Below the pieces are notes generated by a model. The model was not told where the DNA came from. It saw only the letters and a program-made list of their open reading frames with translations, and made no database searches. A stretch of DNA of 64,000 bases, taken from positions 8,011-72,010 of the forward strand of contig JACIWW010000012.1 in assembly GCA_014360905.1 (NCBI GenBank), read 5' to 3'. The translations under genes and the position numbers were made by a program. The stretch is from Chloroflexota bacterium. Its GTDB lineage: Bacteria; Chloroflexota; Anaerolineae; UBA2200. Positions 1 to 9,004 of the stretch are shown piece by piece (the first letter of the stretch is position 1; every line of letters starts with the position of its first letter).

Positions 1-1
1 G

Positions 2-3000
2 TTCAAATTGGCTGTTTCCGCAGAGCACATTGCCGTGGATTTCGACCCCAGCCAGGCTGCCAGCATAAGTCCCTCCTGGGAAATAGATCCCTGCGTAGTT
101 GCCGGTGATGATGTTGCCGTAGATATCCACGCTGTCGTTCTTCCAGAGCTTCATGGCATCCGCTCGTCCTCCGATGGCGTCACGGCGGGAAACGTGCTGA
201 ATCCTGTTGTTGTACACATTCAGGTCGAGCGCATAGTTCACAATCAACGCTGCCCAGGTGCCAAATGGGACATTGTTGTTGCGGATGTAGGCAAAGCGAT
301 TGCCGTAGATGCTTACCGCTCTGGTCTTGGCTGCAGCACGTCCGCGCAGTGCGACGAGACCATCGCAATTGTGCACATAGTTATCGCCAAAGGTAACGAT
401 GTTCAGAGGCAAATCCCCCTCTTCGCTTGCGCCAAAGCCAAAGTTCACGTCCAGCACAGCCCAACCCAGGAGATTCTTGAACTCGTTGTTGGTGATGGTC
501 AGGTTGTCTCCAAAGCGCCTCCCGGCCAGGCCATGCCGATCGGCCACATTCTCCCCATCAATGACGCAATTGTCCAGAGTAAAGTTGTTGTTGGCGCCAG
601 TGTTGGTGCAGTTGATGACCTTATTGGAGCCGCCATCGCCTTTGAGATAGAGATTTTGCAACGTGAGGCCACTGATGGAGCTGTTCATCGCCATGCGCAC
701 TCCGCCGGTGACAATGGGACGGCTTGTTGCATCGCCGAGGACGGTTACGTTGTTCTTGTCGAACCCAGCGGCGAAAGTGAGCGTTTCGCCATACGTTCCG
801 GGCAACACATACACGATACTGCCCGAGACTAGATTCACGCCCTCTGTGATACGTCCAGTGCCACCGGTTTGCGGACTGTTGTCATCCACGTACAGCACGG
901 AGAAATCTCCCTGAAAGCCAGGCGCAGGGTCTATATCCGTGCCCGAATCCAGCCAGGGTGTATAATCCACGCTGGTGCCTGCCTTGTTTGCCACATCCAT
1001 CTGTTCGTTACTGCCCCACCAGTTGCCGGAGGCATCCGTCAGCGTGCCCAGGAGATGGTTCACTGCCAGCCCGCTGTTGCCTGCCAGGTTGTTCAAATTC
1101 ACGTGGGCTGTGCCCGAATGCAGGAGCACGCCGGCATTGTTGCCCGTGACAAAACTGTTCCTGATGGTGGCCGATCCGTTAGTTATGTCAATTCCTGTGG
1201 TATTGCCTGCGAAGGTGCATTCGCGGGCGTCGAGCGAGGCCTGCGAGCCCTGCACCAAGGCACCATAGGGGCTGCCTTGAACAACTGCCCCACCTCGCAG
1301 GTTCAGCGTAACGTTTTTCGTACCCGAGGCATGATCGTGCACCCGCACTCCCGCAGTGCCCGAATTGCGGATGGTCGTACCGCTCACCAGGAGCTGACTG
1401 GCTGCCGGTGCATCTCCGGAGACTTCGCTCTGGACACTGTAGTTGTGCAACCATACCCCAAAGTTGTTGCCCTCCAGCGTGCCACCGGTGATCGTCACTC
1501 CGCCCGTAGTGGCGATGTACCAAGCTTCGATGCCGGCATAGGCACCGCTGATGTTGTTGTCGAGCGCAGTTATGCTGGCTGTGTCGCGGATGGAAGTCAG
1601 CCACAAACCGGTGTTGTTCGCGGCGCCAAGGACGGTGGTCAGCTCGTTATCGCGCACGGTGAAGGGCGAAGCGCTGCCATAGTGGTCATGGAGCCAGATG
1701 CCAAGGCGATAGGACTGGATGCGGTTGTTGCGGATGAGCGCTGGTGAGCCGGCCACGCTCACATCATCCACCTGAATGCCCACGTAAACGCGGGTCAGCA
1801 CATTGCCGGAGACCTCAGCGTAGAAACTGTCTGGCATGAGGATGGCGCGTCCCAAGGGCGAGGAAGAGGGCATGTTGTCCAATAGGTTGTTCTGGATATA
1901 GTTGCCGGATGACCCGACATCCAAGCCACTGAGACAAATGCCACGGATGAGGTTCTTGAGGATATTGTTGCGTATGGTGATATTGCTCACGAGTGTGGAG
2001 TTGTTCTCGATGCCGGAACGGGCATTGGCATCTATGCCATTCAGGGAAATGCCCCCGCTGAGGTTGGGGTTGTCGCCGTCAATGGTGAATCCGTCTATGG
2101 TGACCGTGCTGCTCACCACATCTACGATAATGCCATTGGCGGTGTTGTTGACCTCCGGGACAAGCACGGCTTCAGGCCCACGGCTGCTCGTGTTGGGGTT
2201 GATGCCGGCGTTCGGCCCGTTCAAGATCACCGCTTTGTTCACCAGGAGGTTCTCGGCATACATGCCTGGCGCTACGTTGACGATGTCCGGGCTAGCGGCG
2301 GCATCTATGGCTGGTTGGATAGCCTCGAAGTGGTCGCGGCTGAGATCCCAAGTAACCTTGAACATGAAGATATTGCCATCGCCTCTGGCACTGCCATTCT
2401 TCTCCGAGCCATAGAAAAGGTACACGGTGGAGCCATCTACCAGGGCATCCGGCCACATGTCCCACCAGACCGTGGACTTGTAGCCCCCACTGGTAATGCG
2501 GCGCGGAACTGACCAAACGCTGCCATCGAGAGAAGTGATGACCCTGATTTGTTGGCGATCTGTTCCTCCAGCCCCTGGATCGCTCCACGGTGCCCAGAAC
2601 AACCCGTAACTTCCGCCCACCTGATAGAGGACAGGATCGTAGTCGAAATTGGGGCTAGCCCCGCCATCTACTATCTGCACGGGCGTGGACCATGTGCCGG
2701 CCATGCCGGTGGAAGAAGTAGTGAGCCAAATCTTGTCGGCGTTGGTATACACCACGTTGAACATGCCATTGCTTGCCTGTATTGCTCTAGGCACTCCACC
2801 GTAAGGCCCTGCCACGTGGATGCGCGAAGACCAGGTCAGACCGCCGTTAGCAGAGTAGATGGCGTCACAGGAAGAATCTGTTGCCTCGAAGAATATCCAG
2901 ATTTTGCCATCACGGGCCACGAGCGCGTCAATATGGTTGGCGAGCATGGTATTGGAAACCAAGGTTGGGCCACTCCAGGTGCCAGCGGAATATTTGTAAT

Positions 3001-3424
3001 AGCGGATCTTTTTGTCCGAACCCCCAAAGCCGCTGACGAACACCCAGATATTGCCTATGCCATCCTGAAAGGCGGCCACACTACGCTGGTTGGTTGAGGC
3101 CCGTGGTATCTTGGTGGGAGTGGACCAGGTATTGCCCTGATCGGTCGAAGTCATGTAGTAAATATCGTAACTATCGCTGTCAGGATCGTACCCTGGCCGC
3201 ACGTGCGGGGTGGCGGAATTCGCCCGTACAAAGAAGAGCCAGAAAGTGCCATCATAGGCTCTGAAGACGCTAGGGTTGCGCTCGTAGTGTGCGTCCATAG
3301 TGAGTTGCTTTGGTGCGCTGACCTCGAGGATGGTCGGTCCCTGGGCCATGACCGGGATACCCACCAGCAAAGAGGCGACGAGCAGCAGAGCGAAGATAAT
3401 GAAGAGCACTATTAGCCTTTTCAT
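2..3424 (-). CDS. Large secreted protein (>1140 aa, C-terminus beyond the left edge): N-terminal BNR/Asp-box (sialidase-like) beta-propeller followed by right-handed parallel beta-helix (pectin-lyase/NosD-like) domains
   Basis: ATG at 3424 preceded by GAAGGAGG. Signal peptide MKRLIVLFIIFALLLVASLLVGIPVMAQ. Asp-box-like repeats TSTDQGNTWS, YSANGGLTWS, TSLDGSVWS. Beta-helix cap IQPAIDAAASPDIVNVAPGMYAENLLVNK, and a second cap (VYVLPGTYGE) further on. Absent from the ORF track because it has no stop inside the window. Confidence 0.8.
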   Translation of the reverse strand, partial: MKRLIVLFIIFALLLVASLLVGIPVMAQGPTILEVSAPKQLTMDAHYERNPSVFRAYDGTFWLFFVRANSATPHVRPGYDPDSDSYDIYYMTSTDQGNTWSTPTKIPRASTNQRSVAAFQDGIGNIWVFVSGFGGSDKKIRYYKYSAGTWSGPTLVSNTMLANHIDALVARDGKIWIFFEATDSSCDAIYSANGGLTWSSRIHVAGPYGGVPRAIQASNGMFNVVYTNADKIWLTTSSTGMAGTWSTPVQIVDGGASPNFDYDPVLYQVGGSYGLFWAPWSDPGAGGTDRQQIRVITSLDGSVWSVPRRITSGGYKSTVWWDMWPDALVDGSTVYLFYGSEKNGSARGDGNIFMFKVTWDLSRDHFEAIQPAIDAAASPDIVNVAPGMYAENLLVNKAVILNGPNAGINPNTSSRGPEAVLVPEVNNTANGIIVDVVSSTVTIDGFTIDGDNPNLSGGISLNGIDANARSGIENNSTLVSNITIRNNILKNLIRGICLSGLDVGSSGNYIQNNLLDNMPSSSPLGRAILMPDSFYAEVSGNVLTRVYVGIQVDDVSVAGSPALIRNNRIQSYRLGIWLHDHYGSASPFTVRDNELTTVLGAANNTGLWLTSIRDTASITALDNNISGAYAGIEAWYIATTGGVTITGGTLEGNNFGVWLHNYSVQSEVSGDAPAASQLLVSGTTIRNSGTAGVRVHDHASGTKNVTLNLRGGAVVQGSPYGALVQGSQASLDARECTFAGNTTGIDITNGSATIRNSFVTGNNAGVLLHSGTAHVNLNNLAGNSGLAVNHLLGTLTDASGNWWGSNEQMDVANKAGTSVDYTPWLDSGTDIDPAPGFQGDFSVLYVDDNSPQTGGTGRITEGVNLVSGSIVYVLPGTYGETLTFAAGFDKNNVTVLGDATSRPIVTGGVRMAMNSSISGLTLQNLYLKGDGGSNKVINCTNTGANNNFTLDNCVIDGENVADRHGLAGRRFGDNLTITNNEFKNLLGWAVLDVNFGFGASEEGDLPLNIVTFGDNYVHNCDGLVALRGRAAAKTRAVSIYGNRFAYIRNNNVPFGTWAALIVNYALDLNVYNNRIQHVSRRDAIGGRADAMKLWKNDSVDIYGNIITGNYAGIYFPGGTYAGSLAGVEIHGNVLCGNSQFE

Positions 3425-3677
3425 GGAACTTGCCTCCTTCAGCAATTGAGCAGCACAGGCAATATCTATAGCAACTGTGCCTGCTTCTTATCCCCCCATT
3501 CAGCCACTTTCCTATCCATATCTATAGCATACCAAGATGAAAAGTGCATGAAAAATACATACCAATTAGATGAAAAGAATGCAACAATCTAAATCTGACA
3601 GGCCTGGGAGAACTGTCAGGTTCGCAATGAATGGCGAGAAGCAACCAGGGATTTCCAATACCTGGTATTGCTGCTCA

Positions 3678-3915
3678 GCGTGGGCAACAGCCCACGCAAA
3701 AAGCCCCTCTCCTACAGCGTAGGAGAGGGTGGCCGGGGGTGAGGCAATCCAAGCGCTGAAGCGCTCACTACAAACCCGCCCAGGGGACGGCGGACTGTGT
3801 TGTCCGCCTGAAGCAGGGATTGCAGGGCACGGCCGGGGAATGAATTCCCTGGCTGAAGATGAGAAGCCCCTGCATGGGACTTGTCATTGAGCGCTTCAGC
3901 GCTTACCGCGAACCT
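3678..3915 (+). repeat. Composite REP-like intergenic repeat, copy 1 (core ~3678-3815 plus further palindromic modules)
   Basis: GCGTGGGCAACAGCCCACGC, CCCTCTCCTACAGCGTAGGAGAGGG, AGCGCTGAAGCGCTCACTAC and GGCGGACTGT-GTTGTCCGCC. The same modules recur at 4822, 6306, 8733, 15460, 29161, 40574 and 41085. Confidence 0.85.
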
Positions 3916-4362
3916 AGCGCTGAAGCGCTCGCTACGAATTCGGACCAAAACTGCACAATTTTTCTACATTATCTCCATCGCGACTCCACATCTTGGCGGT
4001 ATCCTATATGCGAAAACAGGGGGACAGGTTTCCAAAGATGAAACTGGGAGCTTGTCGCTAGAGTGTAGCCCCCGCCATCAAATGAAAAGAGCAGAAAGGG
4101 AAGGAAAACCCAGTATGCCTTCACCAGCGCTCCCAGTGGCGAGCAGCAAACAGTGTCGCTGGGAACTATATGCACCAGTCTGTAAGGGAGTCTGACCAGC
4201 TACCCTACAGACCCTCCTCCTTACTGAGCTGGGGAGTCCTCAGCTCTAAGGGGCGGTCGAGCGGCACCTTAGCTCGGCTGCCTCTTGGCGTCTTAATCGA
4301 AATGCTCTGGTGTATGCTGTCCCATGCAATGCTCAACGATTACTCATCAAGGGAGATTTGAC

Positions 4363-4752
4363 ATGACAAGCAATGATATGAAGAACAAAACAATTACACG
4401 CAGGGAATTCCTGCGTCTAGGTGGTTTGACCATAGCGGCAGTTGGCGTGCTGCTGACCGGATGTCGTCCAGTGACGAACAACGAAACGCCCTCTGACGCT
4501 AAAGTTCCAGCCGATACACAGTTCACATTGGCCACGGCCACGCCCGCAGTACAGCAGAGCGCCGGCGCAAGCCAGGGTGCTATGCCCACGGCCACTCCAA
4601 CAACGGAGCAGATAGTCTTTGTGGCATGCCCAGTCGGGAGGGTCAACGATCCCTACCCCGGGCGATGCGCGCGCTATCGGGATAGCAATAACAATGGATA
4701 CTGTGACTTCTCCGAGCCTGGCTCAGGGAACGTGCCCGCACGAGAAAGCTGA
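4363..4752 (+). CDS. Small Tat-exported lipoprotein with C-terminal Cys motif ([27 protein letters not shown])
   Basis: Twin-arginine TRREFL, hydrophobic stretch, LLTGC lipobox, Thr/Pro linker. GGGAGA RBS before ATG 4363. Confidence 0.7.
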   Translation: MTSNDMKNKTITRREFLRLGGLTIAAVGVLLTGCRPVTNNETPSDAKVPADTQFTLATATPAVQQSAGASQGAMPTATPTTEQIVFVACPVGRVNDPYPGRCARYRDSNNNGYCDFSEPGSGNVPARES

Positions 4753-4821
4753 GCGTGGCCAAGCCGAAGAGAGTATAGTAGCCTTCCCTTGCTGCGGCAG
4801 TGCGCAATGACAGATGGCTCG

Positions 4822-4957
4822 GCGTGGGCAATAGCCCACGCAAAAAGCCCCTCTCCTACAGCGTAGGAGAGGGGGCCGGGGGTGAGGCAATCCAAGCGCT
4901 GAAGCGCTCACTACAAACCCGCGCCAGGGGACGGCGGACTGTTGTCCGCCTGAAGCA
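4822..4957 (+). repeat. Composite REP-like repeat, copy 2
   Basis: Near-identical to 3678-3815; lies between convergent genes. Confidence 0.85.
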
Positions 4958-4976
4958 GGTATTACGGGCGGCTTTG

Positions 4977-6191
4977 CTAGCCGCCTTCCTTTGCTCTGCC
5001 GTGCCTTCCTACTGCCATCATAGTAGCGATGGCTAGTAGGAAGCCAAGCGTCGCTACCCCGAACGGCATGCGCAATCCCCAGGAAGCCGCAGCGGCTGCG
5101 CCCAGAGTTGGGCCAATGGCACTAGCCAGCGATACGACGCTGGATTGTAGCCCAAAGACCGCACCATGGCGTCCATCCGGCGCAGCATCAGCCAAAGCGG
5201 TGCTCAGCGCTACCAGGATGGCTCCAACGGCAAAACCTTCCACAGCTCTCAGCAGCAGCAACTGCATTGGGCTGTTGGAAAAGCCCTGCAGGGCACAACA
5301 AAGGGCATTCGTGACCAGGCAAACCAGCAATAGCCTCCGCGTCCCAATGCGTGTGCCATAGCGCCCCGCAATAACGGAACCGACCGCTGTAGTTGCCATG
5401 TAGATGCTGTTGATCACTCCCACCGTCGAGGCGATCTTTGCCTCTGCGGGCACCAAGGATTGCACGAACAAGGGCAGCATGGGGCTCACCGCACGTAAAG
5501 AGGAAGAAATCAATAGACGCATGCCAAACACAGAGAGCACCCCAGGCGAGCATAACACTTGACGCAGCCCTTCCAGGAACGAATCCCCCTCCTTCTTCAG
5601 GCTCGCTCGTACTTCGCGCACCATCACCGCTACCAGCAGTCCACCTGCCCCCAGTAAGACCCCCGTGATGAGGAAACATGCCCGGTAGCCCCAGATATCT
5701 GCTACAAATCCGCCCACCGCTGGGCCGAGCGATTCTCCCAAGTAAACGCCCATCTGCAGCATGCCCAAAGCGAACGCGCGCATGGCACCTGGCGTGCCGG
5801 CAGCCACCAAGGTGAAGGATGCCGCCACCGTGCCTGTTACCGCACCCTGCAAGACGCGCAGCACGAGAAGCTGGTGGACATTGCGCACAAAAGCCATCGC
5901 CCCAAGGACCAAAGCACCGCCGAACATGGCGCGCTGCAGCATCAGTTTCCGCCCCAGGCGGTCGGACAGCGAACCCCAGATGGGCCCCATGATGCCCATG
6001 GAGATGGCATTCGCCGAATAGAGCAAGCCAGTCCACAGTTCCACCTGCCCAGGCCCTGTGATGCCCAACTCTTGCACATAATAGGGTAAAAAGGGTAGTG
6101 CCGCATCAAAGCCCATGAGTGCCAGTACTTCGGCCAACCACACCACGTACAAGTTGCGTCGCCAATTGAGCTGCGATGACTCTTCTGCCAT
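4977..6191 (-). CDS. MFS transporter, DHA1/MdtG-like
   Basis: About 12 hydrophobic segments; WRRNLYVVW start; motif A WGSLSDRLGRKLMLQR; motif C-like GPAVGGFVA. Confidence 0.9.
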   Translation of the reverse strand: MAEESSQLNWRRNLYVVWLAEVLALMGFDAALPFLPYYVQELGITGPGQVELWTGLLYSANAISMGIMGPIWGSLSDRLGRKLMLQRAMFGGALVLGAMAFVRNVHQLLVLRVLQGAVTGTVAASFTLVAAGTPGAMRAFALGMLQMGVYLGESLGPAVGGFVADIWGYRACFLITGVLLGAGGLLVAVMVREVRASLKKEGDSFLEGLRQVLCSPGVLSVFGMRLLISSSLRAVSPMLPLFVQSLVPAEAKIASTVGVINSIYMATTAVGSVIAGRYGTRIGTRRLLLVCLVTNALCCALQGFSNSPMQLLLLRAVEGFAVGAILVALSTALADAAPDGRHGAVFGLQSSVVSLASAIGPTLGAAAAASWGLRMPFGVATLGFLLAIATMMAVGRHGRAKEGG

Positions 6192-6305
6192 GTTTTTTCT
6201 TCGTCCTTGTGCCAGCGTGATAACGAGGCTATTCTAGGGCAAAATAGTGCACTTTCCAAACCACGAATCTAACCATCATTGCGAGCCACCACAAACGGCA
6301 GGGTT

Positions 6306-6565
6306 TGCTCTAGGCGGACAACAGTCCGCCGTCCCCTGGCGGGTTTGTAGTGAGCGCTTCAGCGCTTGGATTGCCTCACCCCCAGCCCCTCTCCTACGCT
6401 GTAGGAGAGGGGCTTTTTGCGTGGGCTGTTGCCCACGCCGAGTAGGGGGGCGTAATTCAATTGCGCCCCTACAGCGCTCATCGGCGCCAGGGATTGAAAT
6501 CCCTGGCTAAAAATGACAAGCCCCTTCAGGGGCTTCTCGTGGCGTGGGCTGTTGCCCATGCCGAG
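6306..6565 (-). repeat. Composite REP-like repeat, copy 3 (inverted), with GTAG-type hairpin
   Basis: Reverse complement of the 3678 core at ~6306-6438, then GTAGGGGGCGTAATTCAATTGCGCCCCTAC, CCAGGGATTGAAATCCCTGG and AAGCCCCTTCAGGGGCTT. Confidence 0.85.
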
Positions 6566-6646
6566 CAAGGATGGCTAGCAAAGCCGCCCTACGGACTGCT
6601 TTGCTTGTTTTGAATCAGCGCTTTATAATCCCCCTGGAGGTGCAAC

Positions 6647-7024
6647 ATGACAAGCCATCGCTGGATCGAGGAATTCCCAGCTGCCATCACCGTTTGCGAT
6701 GACCAAGGCATCATCCTGGAGATGAACGATCGCGCTGCACAGGTTTTTGCCAAAGAAGGCGGCCGGAAATTGATCGGGACCAATTTGCTCGATTGCCATC
6801 CGGAGCCAGCGCGCACCAAACTCAAGCGCTTGATGGAAACGCAATCCACGAACATCTATACCATCGAGAAAGGCGGCGTGCACAAGCTCATCTACCAGTC
6901 CCCCTGGTATGAAAACGGACGGTACCGCGGACTTGTGGAATTGTCCTTTGAGATTCCTGCTCAAGTACCCCATTTCATCCGCGACGTTTCAGCACAGAGG
7001 TCACAGGCAAAGGAGGTTTCATGA
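6647..7024 (+). CDS. Stand-alone PAS domain protein
   Basis: AITVCDDQGIILEMNDRA...LIGTNLLDCHP PAS-fold pattern; GGAGG RBS; stop overlaps next ATG. Confidence 0.8.
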   Translation: MTSHRWIEEFPAAITVCDDQGIILEMNDRAAQVFAKEGGRKLIGTNLLDCHPEPARTKLKRLMETQSTNIYTIEKGGVHKLIYQSPWYENGRYRGLVELSFEIPAQVPHFIRDVSAQRSQAKEVS

Positions 7025-7929
7025 ACGACATCGTCATACACACGGAAAACCTGACCAAGTTCTATGGGCGGCGACGTGGCATCATTGATCTCAGTTTTGA
7101 GATTCAGCAAGGAGAAGTGTTTGGCTACCTTGGCCCCAATGGGGCGGGCAAAACGACCACCATCCGCACTCTGCTGGATTTCATCCGCCCGACGCGCGGT
7201 CATGCTACCATCTTCGGACTGGACACACGACGGGGTAGTCGTGAGATCCGCCGCCTTGTGGGCTACCTGCCCGGCGAACTGGCGCTGTACAATAACTTGA
7301 CCGGCGCCGAATTCCTCCGCTATATGGGATACCTGCGTGGCGGTGTGAAATGGCGCTTTGTGGAGGAGTTGTCCGAGCGGCTAGGGTCAGACCTGTCACA
7401 GCCCATCCGCATCCTCTCGCACGGCAATAAGCAAAAGCTCGGTCTTATCCAGGCATTCATGCACAAACCAGAGTTGCTCATCCTGGACGAGCCAACGCTG
7501 GGATTGGACCCGCTGGTGCAACAGGAATTCTACCGCCTAGTAGCGGAAGCCAGAAAGGAAGGGCGAACGGTGTTCCTTTCCTCGCATATCTTGCCTGAAG
7601 TGGAACGCATCTGCGACCGCGTGGGCATCATCCGCAGGGGGAAGCTCATCGCAGTGGAGGAAATTGCCACATTGAAAACACGCGCTCTGCGCCGATTGGA
7701 GATTCACTTTGCCGAACCAGTTGCGTCCTATCATTTCTCCCAATTGAGTGGGGTTCACGATCTGCACGTGACGGACAATGTAGTGCGTTGTACCATTAAA
7801 GGGAGCGTGGATGCGCTCATCAAAGCCGCGGCACAGTTCGAGGTCATCAACGTTATCAGCCAGGAGCCAAGCCTGGAGGAGATCTTCCTGGCGTACTACA
7901 ACACTGGGGAGGGGCGCGATGTTGCGTAA
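7021..7929 (+). CDS. ABC-2 type exporter ATP-binding protein
   Basis: Walker A GPNGAGKTT, signature LSHGNKQK, Walker B LLILDEP, H-loop SSH. Confidence 0.95.
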   Translation: MNDIVIHTENLTKFYGRRRGIIDLSFEIQQGEVFGYLGPNGAGKTTTIRTLLDFIRPTRGHATIFGLDTRRGSREIRRLVGYLPGELALYNNLTGAEFLRYMGYLRGGVKWRFVEELSERLGSDLSQPIRILSHGNKQKLGLIQAFMHKPELLILDEPTLGLDPLVQQEFYRLVAEARKEGRTVFLSSHILPEVERICDRVGIIRRGKLIAVEEIATLKTRALRRLEIHFAEPVASYHFSQLSGVHDLHVTDNVVRCTIKGSVDALIKAAAQFEVINVISQEPSLEEIFLAYYNTGEGRDVA

Positions 7930-8722
7930 CGTGTTCGTGAAGAATCTGCGCGATCAGCGTAAGGCCATGTTTTGGTGGGTGCTGGGTCTACTGATCCTGG
8001 TCATGTATCTTATCTGGTTCTACCCTGGCTTCCGCGATCGAGGCGCTTTCGTGAACGAGTACATCCAACAGTTGCCTCCGGCGCTGAGAGCCACTTTCAT
8101 GGGTGAGCTAACCGACTTTACCTCACCAGAGGGCTATCTCAACACAGAAATGTTCTTTTTCACGATGCCCATGTTGCTCCTCATCTTCACCATTGGCTTT
8201 GGCAGTGCGGCCATTGCCGGGGAAGAGGAGCGGGGCACTTTGGATTTGCTGCTGGCCAACCCCATCCCGCGCTGGCGCGTGGTGCTGGAAAAATGGGCTG
8301 CGTTGCTTGTCCTGAGCGGCGCTTTGGTAGGGGTCGTCTGGCTTGGGGTGTTGGCGAGCGTGCAGTTTGTCGAGCTGGAGATCAACTTTGCATACCTGGC
8401 ACAGGCCTTTGTGAGCCTATGGCTCCTGAGCCTGACTTTCGGCACGTTGGCCCTGGCTCTGGGCAGCATTCGTGGTAGGCGTGGGCTGAGCGCAGGCGTG
8501 ACCAGCGCATTGGCAGTGGCAGCTTACTTCCTCAATTCGCTGGCGCCCCTCACGGACACGCTCAAGCCATATCGCAAGCTGTCCCTCTTCTACTACTACA
8601 TCGGCGCTGACCCGCTGAGCAACGGACTCGACGTCGGTCACGCCGCGGTTCTAGTCGGGGTGACGGTCATGCTGGCCGTGGTGGCTCTGGTCGCCTTCCA
8701 TTGGCGGGATGTGGGCGTGTAA
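7919..8722 (+). CDS. ABC-2 type exporter permease
   Basis: ATG 7919 after GGAGG; about 6 TM segments; IAGEEERGTLDLLLANPIPRWRV motif. Confidence 0.9.
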   Translation: MLRNVFVKNLRDQRKAMFWWVLGLLILVMYLIWFYPGFRDRGAFVNEYIQQLPPALRATFMGELTDFTSPEGYLNTEMFFFTMPMLLLIFTIGFGSAAIAGEEERGTLDLLLANPIPRWRVVLEKWAALLVLSGALVGVVWLGVLASVQFVELEINFAYLAQAFVSLWLLSLTFGTLALALGSIRGRRGLSAGVTSALAVAAYFLNSLAPLTDTLKPYRKLSLFYYYIGADPLSNGLDVGHAAVLVGVTVMLAVVALVAFHWRDVGV

Positions 8723-8732
8723 AGCCAAGCGA

Positions 8733-8913
8733 GCGCGCTGAAGCGCACACTACGAACCCAACAGGAAAGGGGCGGCTAGAAAAGCCGTCTCTACCCCTTC
8801 ACGCTCCAGGCGGACAACAGCCCGCCGTTCCCTGGCGTGGGCTGTTGCCCACGTCGAGCAGAAAGAGGCGGCTAGAAAAGCCGCCCTACCCCTTCACGCT
8901 CCAGGCGGACAAC
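8733..8913. repeat. Composite REP-like repeat (partial modules, internal duplication)
   Basis: AGCGCGCTGAAGCGCACACTAC; two copies of GGCGGCTAGAAAAGCCG...CCCCTTCACGCTCCAGGCGGACAACA. Confidence 0.75.
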
Positions 8914-8926
8914 ATCCTCAGAAAAT

Positions 8927-8955
8927 TTGACTTGAACAAAACATTTCACTATAAT
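8927..8955 (+). promoter_or_regulatory. Sigma70-type promoter of the XPB operon
   Basis: TTGACT-17 bp-TATAAT about 50 bp upstream of the start. Confidence 0.7.
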
Positions 8956-9004
8956 ATTCTGACCCATCCCGTATATCAAGCATGAGGAAAGAGCAGAGGC
9001 AAGA

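Noticed and set aside
8..3415. Plus-strand ORFs of 170-290 aa
   Set aside because: Antisense shadows of the long minus-strand gene starting at 3424; no recognisable motifs.
8930..8960. LexA box at the XPB promoter
   Set aside because: GAAC is present but there is no matching GTTC at 4-bp spacing.
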